From positions 1 to 43,588 of the forward strand of contig JAZSHZ010000315.1 of the NCBI GenBank assembly GCA_045533555.1: a DNA stretch of 43,588 bases, given 5' to 3'. Position 1 is the first letter of the stretch; each line of letters starts with the position of its first letter. A model generated the notes under the pieces. The model did not search any database. It was given only the letters and a program-made list of their open reading frames with translations, and was not told the origin of the DNA. Below are positions 43,189-43,588 of this stretch, in pieces. The DNA comes from Eubacteriales bacterium (lineage in GTDB: Bacteria; Bacillota; Clostridia; Oscillospirales; JAAYXM01). The translations under genes were made by a program, and so were the position numbers.

Positions 43189-43588
43189 TTAATAATTTGT
43201 CTTGAGAAGCTCGAAATATGCCTTCGGATGAGCGCAAACGGGGCAGAGCTCGGGAGCATTTGCGCCTACATGGATGTGGCCGCAGTTTGCACACTGCCAG
43301 ACTGCATCGCCCTCGCGGGAGAAGACAGCGCCTGTCTCGATGTTGGAGAGAAGCTTGCGATATCTTGCCTCGTGCTCCTTCTCGATCTTGCCGACTGCCT
43401 CGAAGAGGAATGCGATCTTGTCAAAGCCCTCTTCCTTTGCATCCTTTGCCATATTTGCATACATATCTGTCCACTCATAGTTCTCGCCGTCTGCCGCATC
43501 CTTGAGGTTTACGGTAGTGGTCGGGATCTCACCGTCGTGAAGAAGCTTGAACCAGAGCTTTGCATGCTCTTTTTCGTTGTTTGCAGTC
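43189..43588 (-). CDS. rbr: Rubrerythrin, 5' end cut by the window edge
   Basis: The frame stays open to the window end (hand translation ...[15 protein letters not shown]...). Ferritin-like EKEHEARY and a C-terminal rubredoxin-like CANCGH...CPVC. Confidence 0.85.
   Translation of the reverse strand, partial: TANNEKEHAKLWFKLLHDGEIPTTTVNLKDAADGENYEWTDMYANMAKDAKEEGFDKIAFLFEAVGKIEKEHEARYRKLLSNIETGAVFSREGDAVWQCANCGHIHVGANAPELCPVCAHPKAYFELLKTNY

Noticed and set aside
1-43588. Scan for CRISPR arrays, tRNA/rRNA genes, transposases, integrases and phage structural genes
   Set aside because: I saw no regularly spaced repeats, no tRNA T-arm-like GGTTCGAATCC motifs, and no recombinase-like ORFs by eye. 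The absence was judged by reading only, not by a search tool.

Overview
Chromosomal segment of a spore-forming Firmicute, Clostridia-like (spo0A, spoIVB, an SLH-anchored wall protein, rubrerythrin, TTGACA/TATAAT promoters, GGAGG-type RBSs).

Left third:
- a VanW/G5 wall protein and a DUF975-like membrane protein
- a six-gene aromatic amino acid operon (aroF-tyrA-aroB-aroA-aroC-pheA), preceded by a Phe/Tyr-rich leader ORF and a terminator
- a cobalamin riboswitch controlling a lipoprotein built from an alpha/alpha-toroid-like domain, a DUF4430-like domain and three SLH repeats

Middle, about 13.2-26.2 kb, lies between spo0A and spoIVB (neighbours in Bacillus and Clostridioides) and looks accessory:
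- a TrmH methyltransferase
- a BNR-like/aminotransferase/MBL operon with a divergent AraC regulator and an MFS transporter
- an AT-rich islet with a TIR-TM-propeller-like gene and a small orphan ORF
- a DMT transporter and a hypothetical protein
- an integrase-less insertion of about 2.1 kb, bounded by 122-nt direct repeats of the spoIVB 3' end, carrying a 396-aa plus 61-aa gene pair

Right third: SNF2 helicase, GH3 hydrolase, three tandem MATE transporters, argS, proS, an ApgM-like mutase, a metallophosphoesterase, gmk, a CN-hydrolase/GDPD fusion, and a 5'-truncated rubrerythrin.

I saw no rRNA, tRNA, CRISPR array, transposase or integrase.

Best candidates for an undescribed system:
1. the membrane-spanning TIR protein (19852-21666)
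2. the att-flanked two-gene cassette (24490-25887)

All family assignments are motif recognition from memory. No searches were run.
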